Assembly: GCF_964204645.1 (NCBI RefSeq)
Contig: NC_134032.1
Span: 3,744,175 to 3,808,174 of the forward strand
Length of the DNA stretch: 64,000 nt
From: Tubulanus polymorphus
Taxonomy: Eukaryota; Animalia; Nemertea
Reading direction: 5' to 3'
Below the pieces are notes generated by a model that saw only the letters and a program-made list of their open reading frames with translations, did not search any database and was not told the origin of the DNA. The translations under genes were made by a program, and so were the position numbers. Positions 21,330 through 35,065 of this stretch are shown piece by piece. Position 1 is the first letter of the stretch. Each line of letters opens with the position of its first letter.

Positions 21330-21890
21330 ATATCTAAATAATACCACTGGGCGAAACTGCTCTTATAGGAGCGTTTTTGCTTAATGCGCATGCGTTAATC
21401 ATAATTATATATTCATTCTATAAATTCTGTAAAATAGAAACAACATATGCGTTACATGCGTCACATGCGGCCATTGATGTCCGGTTTTGCTTAATGCACA
21501 TGTGTTAATCATAATAGAAACAACCGACATGAAATATCTAAATAATACCACTGGGCAAACCGCTCTTATAGGAGCGTTTTTACTTAATGCGCATGCGTTA
21601 ATCATAATTATATATTCATTCTGTAAATTCTGTAAAATAGAAACGACCGACATAAAATATCAAAACGTGTTCGCATTAGGCAAAACCGCTCTTATAGGAG
21701 CGTTTTTGCTTAATGCGCATGCGCTAATCCAAATTATATATTCATTCTGTAAAATAGAAACAACTGAACATAGAAAATTCAAACGCATGTGCACTAGGCA
21801 AAACCGCTCTTATAGGAGCGTTTTTGATCAATGCGCATGCGCTAATCCTAATTATATATTCATTCTGAATAGAAACGACCGAACATAAAA
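21330..21890. repeat. Tandem array of about 120-200 bp units
   Basis: Four copies of GCTCTTATAGGAGCGTTTTT...AATGCGCATGCG plus one partial copy. Confidence 0.9.
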
Positions 21891-22429
21891 ATTCACCAAT
21901 CAGATTTACACAATACATTATACAAGTTGTTCGGCCGTTTCTTCCAATACATCATTTGATTTCTATAAATACAATTTATAATTACAAACATTTTTTCAAT
22001 TGCTGGTAAATATTTAACTACATCAACAAATGTTAAACTTAATCATTGGAGTCTTAATGTTTTTGAAATTCTTATATAGTTTCTTCGTCGATCTTTTGGC
22101 GATTCTTGTGTTTCTTGTGCTAATTTCTATTGGTTCGATATCCATTGCTGTTGATTCCTCAGTCAGAAAGAGTATCTTGAGTTTCTCTATCACTTCTTGA
22201 TGCGTATGGCGTTTTATTAATCTAAAAGATATTAGCGGTAACTCTAGCTATCTAAAAGATATACTAAATACACTTAAATATATCTAAAGGTTTCATATTT
22301 ATTAGCCCTAATAACTTACAAAAACAGTACTTACATTTAGATTTTAGAATTGTAAACTATAAACTCCTAATTTCGTTTCGAGAGATAGAATATCCTGAGC
22401 ACAATGTTACAGCGTCTGTTCATTTCCGG

Positions 22430-22570
22430 GGCGATTTCTAGAATGAACACGCCGTTGATTATTACACGTCATCTGGTTCCGGCACACCTTTCTAGAATAT
22501 TCTACATGTTTCTGATTATGACATGTCATCTCTATTCAGAGTTCCAGCACACCTCTCTAGAATTTTCTCT
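22430..22570. promoter_or_regulatory. Cluster of heat-shock-element-like motifs
   Basis: TTCTAGAATATTC (22490-22502, perfect TTCnnGAAnnTTC), TTCTAGAA near 22436, CTCTAGAATTTTC near 22555. Confidence 0.5.
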
Positions 22571-22860
22571 ACACGTTTGCAATAATGATTCATATGTCTC
22601 GGCGTCATAGTAACAGCTGTAACAGCTGTGAATTTATAGATTTATTCAATCGTTCATTACATGAAATGTATATAGGTTCAAATAGAATCATGTTCTAGTA
22701 TAAACAGCTATGAATTATTTCAATCACACTTTACTAACACTTTTAATGTTTAAAATCTAACTCACACAAATATGAATATTGAAATAATGTTGTAATTATA
22801 TACTTTTATATCGAATAATCTGTCAATTTAAATGTTATTCATTTACATGAATATTTTAAG

Positions 22861-23263
22861 AGTAATATGGGTAATGGGCTTTCAGGTTAAAGGTTGAATG
22901 GTCGAGTTCATTAAAAACAAATATTAAAAGTAATTTAAAACTATAATATATTTTCATAACCGTGTGTATTTCAGTTGAATAATAGAATAATTATTATTAT
23001 TTGAATATATTTGATTATATGAATTTGTGTATTGTAAATAAATCAATTGGTCGCGGAGCGGAGCGGTAGCGAAGTGGAGCGACCAATTGATTTAATACAA
23101 TATGCTTTTTAAATTATTGATATCTTAGAATAAATATTTAGTTATAATATAAAATGCGCACGGTTATGAAAATATATTATAGTTTTAAATTACTTTTAAT
23201 GTTTTGTTTTTAATGAGCTCGACCGTTCGACCTTTGGCCTGAAAGCCTATTATCCCTATTACT
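22861..23263. repeat. Terminal imperfect palindrome (403-bp hairpin) of element B
   Basis: AGTAATATGGG...CCCTATTACT; apex stem AAATCAATTGGTCGC/GCGACCAATTGATTT at about 23040-23093. Confidence 0.93.
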
Positions 23264-23269
23264 AGTGTC

Positions 23270-23740
23270 TTTCTTCCTGGATATTGTCCGTTATCCTACC
23301 GAATACTGGGTGGTTGACAATCCGCACCTTGTTCTCAATTAAGGTGCTGATATCTGCGAGAGTAATTTTACGAAATTCTAGTTGAGTAATATAGTTCGCT
23401 TTAACTCACCACCGTTTCCGGGAGTCGACCGGTTACTTGGCGCAGATTGTCGGGATTTTGTTTAAATAACCAATTTCGTTCGTTCAGCGTGTTTCTACAA
23501 GTAATCGATGATAAAAAAAATCAGATTAGGTGAGCCATTAATCAGACGATCAACGGGAGCGATAGCAATGCGATGATTATTGCTGTATTTTCCATACAGG
23601 AGATGCTTCGTTTATTTATATCATCTTTTCATCAGTTCTTGTGCGTCGCTTCTAGTGTACTGAACTTAATAATACAGTCGTTCACTATTACCAACGTTTT
23701 TGTAACCATAAAGCTTTCCATCTTTGTTGACTGGCAGCAC
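23270..23740 (-). pseudogene. BEL/Pao retrotransposon gag remnant
   Basis: Minus-strand translation gives ERLYY*VQYT...IAIA and ISTLIENKVRIVNHPVFG, recalled as BEL gag patterns; degenerate. Confidence 0.55.
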
Positions 23741-24019
23741 GTATATGTTTAAACCTTTAAAATCTTAAGACATATCGTTACTATTGTAATGAGATATATC
23801 AAACTTTCTATTCAAATCCAAAATCCAGAATAAAAAGTAATGGGTTCTTAACTTAACCCTTCATTTTTGGAAAAGGGGTTCAATAAGAATGTCCAATGAG
23901 CGCGATACCTCACATAATAGCAGCAAAACCACTAAAATACGCGAAAACAACACCAGAAAAGAATGAAACTACCAGACAACACAGAACTTAAAATCGAACA
24001 GTATACTAATAACACTATA

Positions 24020-24110
24020 CTATGTGTAACTGACTTAGAATCACTGAATGAAGTCTTGACAACTTTAGCTCTTTTTGAACGGGCATCGGGTGCAAAAATT
24101 AAACTAATAG
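24020..24110 (+). pseudogene. L1/Tx1 reverse transcriptase fragment
   Basis: VTDLESLNEVLTTLALFERASGAKI. Confidence 0.5.
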
Positions 24111-24617
24111 GGAATCTATTCTGGTGAGCTTCGAACTCGCAATAATTCGTACAGCAGCGTATCGCCTATACCACCCGAACACCGGGTCCAGTCAGCAGTA
24201 GTGATGATTGGCGCTTTTATACATGTATCGCGTGTGTCTTATATGCCTCTCATTTGTTGGTATTACCCCCAGCCTATAACTCTAAACACGTACGCATCAG
24301 TCTGAGTTCGATTCGGATAATTCGATTTTTTTCTGAATAAGCTACTACTTCCGAGGTAACAGCCTCTATGGCACTTTATGAACGGTGCACATCCGCGATT
24401 TTACAGCGTCCACTAACGACCAACTTTACAGGCGAATGCGACGAATAGATTATCTTTTCGATGCATTACAAATAGTAGTTAAGAGATCTTTTCTAAACTA
24501 TTCGCTACTAGCCAGATAAATAAAACCATTCAAAACATGATTCGCCCTATATAGTAGAGTTGCACCCACGTGGCCAAAAAGTACAAACCAAGCGTATGAG
24601 CCGAATAGTCTACAATT

Positions 24618-25890
24618 AGGGACATAATATCTTAACCGTGCGTAGAAGAAACCGCAATATCTATTAATTTTGAAATATCTAAGTATCTCTTGAAGCTATA
24701 TTTCCAATTTTCACAGAGGTTAAAGAGGGTAATTTGCAGTTTAAGCCTGCGTTAAAATCTTTTGAATATCTTTCCTGACGACTGATCTGTACCCGCTTGA
24801 GTTTGAGATTACGCGCAAAAGGGGTCTCCCACTGCGCATTGCAATTTCACTGAACATTGAGATTTGCGACAAGAAATCTTTAAATGCAATTTGATTTCTT
24901 CACATTTTCCAAGGGGGATATTTTGAGATGATAAGCCATATCTTGTTTGTTCCGTATTTTGGCGGGGGCAATTCGTTAATCTGGTTTCGGGATCCGGTTT
25001 GTCCTGCTATTGAAGTTTGAACGGCCCAGTTGAGGAATTGTCGTATACAGCCCGTCCAGCCTTGCGCCGATTTTGTGTTCGGTGAAATCAAACGAGTCGA
25101 TGGTGAAACGTGCCAGTCAATTTAAACGCTTAGGACATATTTAACGCATATCGCTCTCTGGTAATCCCTCAATCTGGGATCATACGATGAATTTACTGAA
25201 TCTCAACCTTCTTGCTGGAAAACATCGACTAGAAAACCTTACTGATATAAAATTCCAATATAATATTTAAAGGGGTTCATATCTGTCCCCCATTTGATAT
25301 TCTGTTTTAGGGGGTCAACGTCCAGTTTGGCAACTTTCAGCTGCGCCACATATTCCAAAATATATAAAAACTTAGAATTTTTTTCTAGTGTCCAACCATG
25401 AGTGGTACATTCGGTTGAAACGCAAATTAGGTTCTCAACTAGGCCGCATTTGCAACCAACACGGAAAGTCCCCACTTTAACAAGAAATCCTTTAATTTCC
25501 CAACGCTACAAAACTCAAATTCATCAAAGCACTCAAAGTCCATTTTCAACAATACGAAAATAAAGGTAATATATATAACCATCAGAAGCAATATTAATAA
25601 TTACAAACCAGTATAAAATCTTATTTCTGCGATTTCTTTTCACAAATCTCAATGTTCAGTGAAATTGCGGCGCGCAGTGGGAGACCCCTTTTGCGCGTAA
25701 TCTCAAACTCAAGCGGGTACAGATCAGTCGTCAGTAAAGATATTCAATAGATTTTAACGCAGGCTTAAACTGCAAATAACCCTCTTTAACCTCTGTGAAA
25801 ATTGGAAATACAGCTTTAAGAGATACTTTAATATTTTAAAATTAATAAATATTGCGATTTCTTTTACGCGCGGTTAAGATATGCGGTCCT
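24618..25890. mobile_element. Non-autonomous DNA transposon with about 250-bp TIRs
   Basis: 24627-24878 is the reverse complement of 25631-25882; no coding capacity; TSD not resolved. Confidence 0.8.
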
Positions 25891-26139
25891 TGGTTTCACA
25901 TCGTCACTGTTCATCATTGTTGGGTTCAAAAATTCCAAGAATCGCCAGCAAATATCTGCATTTCATTTGCTTTAAAATGGTGTATAGAATGATTTCGTCG
26001 AGCAAGGGACTGCAGAACTATATGATATTCAATCTAAACTTATGTTTTAAAAATGAGCGCAAATTATCGCAAAAATGGGGACCTCGAGGGACCGCCACAA
26101 AATGGCGCCTAGAAACTGGAACCTTCTTTATTGAATAAT

Positions 26140-26435
26140 GACCAGCCCGGGAATAAATCGTTATTGCGCTTCAGAAAAAGTCTCGTCGAGAGGCTGGTTC
26201 CCGAAGTAGCCATCGATGTGCAACGCGGCCGTCCGTCACTTGGCCCACCTCTCTGAGAGTTTAGACGGCAAATTTCATCGTCTGATGGCCGAAGCCAGGG
26301 CATCAAAGTCGTGCAAAGTTTGCTTCGATTTCTCTGCTGGCGTGCGCAAAAACAAACATAGCTCTATTGCGGCACTTGCACTGATCGACCTGGTCTGCAC
26401 CACGGCGATTGCTACAACCGATACCACACTGAAAA
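26140..26435 (+). pseudogene. piggyBac transposase C-terminal remnant
   Basis: LLRFRKSLVERL...RGRPS...LDGKFH...CKVC...LYCGTCTDRPGLHHGDCYNRYHT, read across frameshifts (Cys-rich domain). Confidence 0.65.
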
Positions 26436-26879
26436 AGATTACAAGAACAACTGATCATCTATTCAATAACTACACCGTTGTAATAACTATCAATACTATT
26501 CCACAATCATGGAACTAACTTTGAATTTGTACTTGGAAATAATAAACTGAAATCGTTTATCATTCAATTTTCATTATATTTAGATGAATATATGTACATA
26601 TACTAATTTGAAAGTCCGAATGTCTTTCATACACTTTAAGAAGATATCGCTGACGAATACGCCATCTAGAGTTGTATTGAAATGGTAACGCCAAGCCGCC
26701 GATTGCAAATTTCGTTCAATTATTGATTAAATCCACTGCAGGATATGTGCAAAACCGACGTAATTATTTCAAATTGATAAAGTGCGGTTTCTATTTCGTT
26801 CGAGAACACTAATTTTGTTCTCACTTTTAAGACCGCCTTTCTTTGAGTTAATTCTAGAAACAATATCAATATGTCGCTT

Positions 26880-28425
26880 CAATATGAACAGCGCAAACCA
26901 TGAAAATCAACAGCAGTATTCTACATTTCATCTAAATCGTAAATACGTGTGCATTTAACAGTGTACACGTAAATACAATCATTAAACTATTCTGATTATT
27001 ATTAACACTATACCCATGTTATATCTGTAGAAATAAGTTTAAAGGACTGGCAACTTTTATCCAGGGCACAATCTGTAATTCAATGTTATTCCCTGTAATC
27101 GAAGTGTAATAATATGTAATCGATGCAATAACCAGATAAAACCTAGTAATATTATTATTATTATAAAATCTGTAATTCAATGTTATTCTCTGTAATTAAA
27201 GTGTAATTAAACCTTTTCGTTTCGTTGCAACTGACAATTTTTCATGTTCATTTCGTAACATTACTGCTCTTAATACATTGCTTGATAATTATTTGAAAAA
27301 AATGTGATTGATCGTTAATTGTGGTCATAGAAAAGAAACTCAACACTCTACCGAAGAATAATTCCAAAAAGAATTATTTTATCTACCAAATAAAACACAT
27401 AGCGCCTGTATATTATGTATACTTGAATCCAATGATTGAATATAAGTCATTAAAAAAATTTCCCTATATTATACAAAGCAAATATTACAAAATAGGCCGA
27501 CCGAGGTGGTTTTTAGATATGTCGTAGTCTAGTAATCAAATTCAAAGGACGAGCTCTGACTACTGTTGTTTAGTTGTTTCATCGAGTATATCATACGACA
27601 ATACAGCATCAGCACAATTTATAGGAAGATTGACACGAACAAACTTAGGGCCTATTTCCAAACAAAGACATTGTCAACTAGAAACAAAATGCTTAAGTAA
27701 TAGACACACCTTTCAGTAATAGAAATAATCATAATATCTATGATGTTATGGTTTACGTCGTTCTACTTGATGTTCTTAAAGAGAAAGAGATGTATAAAAC
27801 TGCAATGAGGCTCTTTCACAAACACACTAACCATTACTCAAAAATGTCTATACCATTGCGTGGTTACTAATTACGGAGTTCAGCTATAGGCATGATGACA
27901 CATCACAGGTGACACACTGTTATTAAAAATGGCATTGTTTAATAGCGCAAGTCGACTAACTTCCCTGAAAGGACTTATAGAGTAGATGCTCATCGAGCCT
28001 CGGCTAAACATAGCAACAACCAGCTTACTCTTAAAATTCCAAAACGCAAATGCCTCTAAAAATATATGAAACATATATACGATCGTGGTGTTTGACTAGT
28101 GAGACCAGAAACAGAATTGATTTCTACAATTTGATCATACAAATGCTTACAGATTTATTCAAGCAACAATATCAATATATCGATGCAATATGAACAGTGT
28201 AAACCATGAAAATCAAATATGACATCGAATACACACAATGGCACAGTGAACCATAGGACCGCGTCCCAAAAGCGATATTCTACATTTCAATAAATCGTAA
28301 ATACGTGTGCATTTAACAGTCTACATGTAGATACAATCATTAAACTATTCTGATTATTGTGAACACTATACCCATGTAAAATCTGTTGAAAGCTTTAAGG
28401 ACTGGTAACTTTTACCCAGGGCATA
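26880..28425 (+). repeat. Direct repeat pair of about 200 bp (26880-27075 and 28187-28425)
   Basis: Shared ATCGTAAATACGTGTGCATTTAACAGT...AAGGACTGG.AACTTTTA.CCAGGG. Confidence 0.75.
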
Positions 28426-30026
28426 ATTTCCCTGGGTATTTTCAGCAACAACAGCAGTGTAGACATTTTCCATACAGATGCGCCCACAAACTATTAGGCG
28501 TAAGAATAGTACGTAAAAGTTTGATGCTCAAGTCTAGTGAGACCCCCCCCCCCCCCCCCAGACAGGGTGTCTTTACCCCCGAAATGTGAACTGCCGATTA
28601 GTCATTCGGATTCGAAAAAAGCTTCAGATTTGAAAAAATCCCGTTTTAGATTCAACTCACCTAACCTCGCCTGAGGACCGGACATATATGCACCTGTATA
28701 GTAAATTCAACTTGTGTTAAGAATGAATCCTCAGAACTGGTTGACAACACAAATCGAACGTATTACATGATTTCAAAGACCGAAGACAATAACAGGACAC
28801 AATGTAAACAGATCTTGTCATAATGCGGTTCAACGGACAGCGTAAATAAAGTGCACTGCCAGCACCGCTGTACTGACCATGTATACATTCTAACTTCAAG
28901 CAATATTCTAACGTTTTTGAAGTAAGATATTCTAGCGGTCCTCACTAAAATGATAAGTTTATAAAGCAACTTTTATCCGGAAAATCTTAGTACGGTTTGC
29001 GATATATACATTCAATTACTGCACCACCAAAAGATTGTTAAGTTTTAAAAACGAGGTCGGATAGAGCAAAACATCTGCTAATGTTAAAAAATACCAAACA
29101 CACCCATATGTTTTCTTTACTTCTCTCATTCCGTTTCATAATACTTGAAAACACGTTCTGCTAATTCGAAGGTATGATGTGTTGTTCACCACATTTTTTC
29201 TAATCAACAACAAGAATTGATTGTGAATCAAAACAGCCAACTGTACGTGAATAAATTAGCTCATTAAGGTACAGTATCTCCCCAATTCGTTACGCTAATG
29301 TTTCAATATTCTTATTATTCGGTGTACGAGGGTGGCATGAAAATATGATATTAAACCTCAACAGGTTTCTTCATATGTCCCTTAATCCTGAATTCTTGTA
29401 TTTATATTCGTATTTGTATTACTAACGTACAAATATCATAATTCAAAATGGAAAAATAAATTATCATGATTATCATCATTACATAAAAAAATGAATTCAT
29501 GGCTAACCCCCAAATTGCAACGTCTGCCATTGTTTCAAAGAAGGGCCAGACAACCACTCTGAGCTTCAATTCTTAAACTATCAAGATCAGGTCCTAGCTT
29601 ATATGAGAAGCCGTGCCAATCATAACGATTAGAATTTTCAATTTCAAAACATACCTGCAAAAATGCTGTCTGTTAGGCTATCTACAGATGACCAGGGGAC
29701 TGGTATCCTTCTTCGGAATAAAGGAACTGACAACTCCGAAAACTTGGTTTAGACTGAGATTTTTATTCTATACACAAAACTGTCATATTATACAGAAAAC
29801 CGATGAAGTATGAAGTATGGAGGGAATGAAGAACCAATAAATGTCTAATTTAAATTGCACATGAAGTGATATGAGTATATGACTATTTACAATGACACGT
29901 TTGGCCGGTTATAAGCTCACGATATGCGTGACAATCTACGCGCTATTTTACTATACGTATTCTAAATCATATTCTTAAACTACGTGTGTACTGATTGTTT
30001 ATTTGTCAATAAGATTTATAAACAAG

Positions 30027-30400
30027 AAAATTAATTTTAATGAATTATTTGACGCCTGCGAAAAAGAATTTCTTGGATAAGCTAATGTGGAATTGCAAAT
30101 TTGAAATCGAATTTTTAAGAAATTTGGGGAATTATGAGATTTGGCGATTGGGTAGATGATACAGGTCTTCGACTGGCCTAATTTAAAAAAATTGTCAACT
30201 TGCGACCGACTTCGATTCACTTTTGCCTCTAAGCTGGTCTGCAAATTCATTGCCTCCATGGTTGAAGAAAGAGATCTTCTGATGTCTGCTTCATCATGAC
30301 TTTGAGCATATCGTGTAACTAGCCGGCCCGGTCCCCCGAGCCTGGTTTGGCTGTCCCTCGATATCCTAGACTTGAGTCTTGGTTGAAGTAGACATTGTCA
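30027..30400. repeat. Dispersed repeat, second copy at 60110-60320
   Basis: Shared AATTAATTTTAATGAATTATTTGACGCCTGC...GAGATTTGGCGATTGGGTAG. Confidence 0.7.
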
Positions 30401-33400
30401 TTTAAGTAACTTATTAATGTTATTCTGTATGAATTACTCGTGTGTCTTGACTTTTCTTATTTTGAAATTTGTAACTTTAATGAATTTGGGAATTTCAATG
30501 TAATAAGGATCAATGATAAATTGAATTGAATTGCCACCTAATACACATGCCATCAGTGGACGCGGAGCCGTATATGACAGCTATGCTATTATAAATTGCT
30601 AATCTCATGAAATCTGCATACCCCTAACATATTTTCTAAGATATTTAAATATTGAAATTATATATGTTTACACGTTTTTATATAGACCGCTTGTAGCCGC
30701 CGACGCTGGCCCTACATAGATCGTAGATAGTTTCGTCATTCCACCAGCATCTCCATGTCAGGGTCTGACTTTTATATCAGACTTCCAAATCGTGTATACA
30801 TCCGCCATTTAACCGATCAATCCGATTTACTTATCATTTCTATATATGCCTGCCGCTCCTGATATAATCATACATCCTTTACTATTAAAATACGTCTTCT
30901 CATGACATTCAATGCAATGTAACATTTCGACGTTCAAATAGAGGTCATTATATAATCACAGGAAGCCATTCTACATCTTTGTCAATAATATTTTGCCAAC
31001 TAGCTTGTATGTGTACGCATAGACCTGTGACGTTTTGCACATCGATTTATGGTTGTCGTTTGTAAAATGACGCTGAATGGTTAACATTGTTAAGGGTTCA
31101 TAATGGTAACGTTTTATAACGCGTCAAAAAACCATATATTCTTTTTACTATCATAACGAGTATTATGTTTTGATCTATGTTGCGATAAATTGCCGGTGAA
31201 TGGCTGTAATGGAAATTCTAGAAGGATGTGGCCATTGTGAACTGGACGAATCAGTTTGAACCTAGTCATCGTCACCCTATTATAGTATGGAATAAATGAA
31301 AAGTTTGCTTTATCTGAATTTTTTTTTACATAAGAACTCCTGTCAACTAAAAAAACTGTTTAATATTCGAATTATAATTACAATCTTGTGAACACAAATT
31401 TTCACGACCATTGCAACGATATGAAATGTCAATGTAATTCATCCAACTCGAATTATCATCTCAACTCAAACACTAATCACTGGTCATGATTAGTTTTTTT
31501 ATACTCCAATTTATTAACATCAAACTGACATACGTTACAAAAGAAAGATACCTGTCACGCGGGAATAAACGATTGGACAGGTTGAACATATAATTACATA
31601 CATAAACATATGAATAGAATGACGCAAAACTAACGAAAAACGAAAAACACTGGGGAAAATTAAAATGAGAACAATGCTATCAGGGTAGTGGTAAACGGTC
31701 GCTAATTTTGCAAATGAATTTGGATTAGAGAGTGATGATCTTAGTATTAGTGTTTAAGTCAAGCAAGGCTGGGTTGGCAATTAGAAGAAAATTATATTTT
31801 TCTGTTAGGTTTAGGAGATTGGGATGTCGAAGGTAGCTAGTTCGTCCAGAAGGTTTGTAATAGATAAAAAGTGAGTTGGTCGGTTACACTGGAGCAAGAA
31901 ATGAATTGTTGTTTGATTCTTGTTTCAGTACATACAATTTCCATCTGGTACAAAGATATTATGTGAGAAGATTTTTAAGTGAGAAGTCGACCCTTAGTCT
32001 ATTGAGATTAATTTCCTCTTTCCTACTCAAACCTTTAATTTGCACAGAAATAAGGATGTGATTTCCAGTGAACTTAAAACAAACCTTCCGTTTAAAGGGG
32101 GTCAGTTCAGAAATGTTTCTGGTTTCTGTTTCTATAGAATTCCATAATTTAGCAAGTTGGCAGGCAGGAGATAACATAAAGTTACTCGATGAATATGGGA
32201 TTATATATATTCGTGGATTTCTTAGGTTATTTCCACGATGAGATTTAAAATTTTTCGAAAATTTCATTAACATAGGAGCCGATAAGTCATTGTTAACTTT
32301 AAACATGTAATTTTTGTGCGCTCATTTCTTCTGGACGCGAGACTTTGCCAGTTCAAAATATGTAGTACTTTCATTCTATTCGAACCACGAATGCATCCCG
32401 AAACAAGCAGTGCGGCGCTATACTGCAGCCTGTCTATATACTCTGAGAGGTGAAAAGAATATCGCAATAATCGAAATGGGGACTGATATACGAGCGATCT
32501 TATCCAGATGTTCGGATTCATGGTCCTACTTAGATGTTTCAGCGGGTTTATTAGTTTTTGTATCTTAGTGGCTACAAAATCGATATGATGCCTAAAGAAT
32601 AGATTATGGTCTAGAACTATACCTACGTGCTTATGGCTGAGTTTCTGGGGCACAGCTAGGTTCCGAAGAAGGGCCGACGGATATTGCCTGACACCACGTT
32701 TGGTAAAAGTATTGTCAACGCTTTTCGAGGGTTTAAACTAGAGGCCCCAGAGTGAAGACCAATTGTACGACTGAGATCCCCTTGTAAGGAATTTGAAGCA
32801 ACACGTGGACTTCTAGGATATATAGGCACATATAATGATGTATCATCGGCATAAATGAAACACTTTGCTATCAGGTAAATCGTTTATATAAACGAGAAAT
32901 AGCGAAGGTCCCAGAATAGAGCCCTGGGGCACACCCGTATTAATAAAACCATTTTCGGATTGTGCAGACACTTCCCCATGAACACGAATCTGAATTTGTC
33001 GGTTAGATAAATAGCTTTTGATCAGATCGTGTGCGCTTCCCTGGACACAATATGACTTATGTAGTAGAAATTCATGTGGAAGTGCATCAAATGCAGCGGA
33101 TATGTCTAAAAAGATACCTCGTAGTACGTCTTCGTCAGTGTCAAGGTGATGCACACAGTGACATATACCTAAGAGTTGATCGGTTGTGCTATGACCTTGT
33201 AGAAAACCAGATTGATTTCTATAAAGGAGATTGTTTTCTACTAAATGGTTGTACAGAGACCGATGGATTATTTTTTCAAAAAGCCCCTCAATATTGTATT
33301 AAGTAAAGTAATGTGCCGGTAGTTTTCCGGGTTACTTTTGTCAACTCTTTTTTTAAATGACCGATACAATACCAGTTTTTAAGGTATCAGGGAAGATTCC

Positions 33401-33689
33401 TTCTGTAATCAACCGGTTAAAAAGTTTGACAAGTACATTACTTATACTTGAGGGTATTACCTGAAGTATTTTGTTTGTAATAAGATCAGTCCCGCATGCC
33501 TTTCCAAGTTTAAAAGCCATTAGAATCTTGTATACTTCATCATAACTTGTGGGTGTATAATAAGTCTCTGATCGATGAGTGTTGGCATTTCTGACACACA
33601 TTTGTTGCGTGAAAGCAGGCAACAAGACGCACAGTCCTGTGACGCACACAGCCTCATATCCACACCCAGTGGCTACAGCAAGTTTGTCC

Positions 33690-33990
33690 AAACACATTGG
33701 ACGCCCGCACACAGTGGGCTTTCAAAATCTATCCAAATACAATGGATCGCTAAAAATTTGGTTCTAACACATTGGACGCCCACACACAGTGGGCTTTCAA
33801 AATCTATCCAAACACAATGGATCGCTAAAAATTTGGTCCAAACACATTGGACGCCCGCACACAGTGGGTTTCAAAATCTATCCTAACACAATGGATCGCT
33901 AAAAATTTGGTCCAAACACATTGGACGCCCGCACACAGTGGGTTTCAAAAATCTATCCAAACACATTGGATCTGACCACACACATTGGAC
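33690..33990. repeat. About 72-bp tandem repeat inside the LINE
   Basis: About four copies of ACACATTGGACGCCCGCACACAGTGGG...CAATGGATCGCTAAAAATTTGG. Confidence 0.9.
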
Positions 33991-34740
33991 TACTCCCTAT
34001 TCCACACATGGGGGAATACCCCGGACGACTGACTCCAAACTACACAAAAGAGGACACGCAGTTCAACAAAAGTACATGTTCACAGCATAAAGCCAAACCG
34101 TGAACCACCACAACCGCACGCCAAGCACGTCCGTTAGCGAGGAAAACCAAAGCCAAACTGATTTCTTCCGTCTGTCCGCAGCACCACGTAGTGAGAATAG
34201 TTTGAAAAGTTTCTTGCGCTGTAATGATTTCACGATCCGCCGCAATAGATTTGGCTTTGTACAAAAGAGAAACAGTCATATAATCCACTTCTTTTGTAAC
34301 GTTTATACAAACGATTCCTCGAGGCGATGGTACGGCGCACTCGATCAGTAATCCAAGGTCTTTTATGCCTTATCACCCGATTAGGGATATACGTTTCTAG
34401 AAACTCTGTCAACTGTGAGGTTACTCAAATCATAGACAACTGAAGGTTTGAATCGTTAACAATGGTGTACCAGTTAAATTCGTTGATAGATTGATTGAGC
34501 AAAGTCGAGTCACAAGATCGAGTCATAATTCCAGATAATTACGGTAGTAGTATCGGGCATACCGGGTTTGACATCCAAGTCTAAGCGCAATGTGAAATGG
34601 TCCGAAAAACCAACCAGCGGATTATTAACAGCGACACGGCCAGGAGAATCAGTTACTATAAGATCAATGCACTAATTCGATGTTTGAAAAATACGCGTAG
34701 GTTCACAAACCAGCTGATTAAGACTGAGGCTATCGATAAT

Positions 34741-35065
34741 AGCCGCGATCACACCGAGACGATTTGGCCCGGGCCAAATTGGCACGGATCAGGCTCGGCC
34801 CAAATTTGGCCCGTTTGGCCAGAGAGCGCGTTCGCACGCAAACCATTCACTCGATACTTAGCAATGCTCAAACAAAGCGAAGTAGATCATTTTCAGTGCC
34901 AGTTGCAATTCAAACGCAATCATTTGTCTGGTGCTAAAATTTGTTTCGGGCCCGGTCCGACGTTTTTGGTCGGGCCAAACAGGCTCGAGCCCATTTGACA
35001 CCCGTGTGAACAGTTGTACCGGCACAAATTTGGCCCGGGCCAAAAATGCTCGTGTGATCGCGGCT
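34741..35065. mobile_element. MITE with 3-bp TSD (PIF/Harbinger-like) nested in the LINE
   Basis: TIR AGCCGCGATCACAC/GTGTGATCGCGGCT with AAT on both sides; removing it rejoins EFKDI-IDSLSLNQLV. Confidence 0.8.

Larger units (their letters stand above)
17322..23263 (-). mobile_element. Internally deleted non-autonomous Polinton, element B
   Basis: 17322-17611 is the inverted copy of 22799-23087. Contains decayed ATPase and integrase highly similar to element A, no PolB or capsid genes, and ends CCCTATTACT at 23263. Confidence 0.92.

Noticed and set aside
21330-21890. CRISPR-like array (also 33690-33990) and the ORFs 21487-21888 and 21405-21653
   Set aside because: Inter-repeat segments are homologous rather than unique spacers, there are no cas genes and the context is eukaryotic; the ORFs are by-products of the repeats
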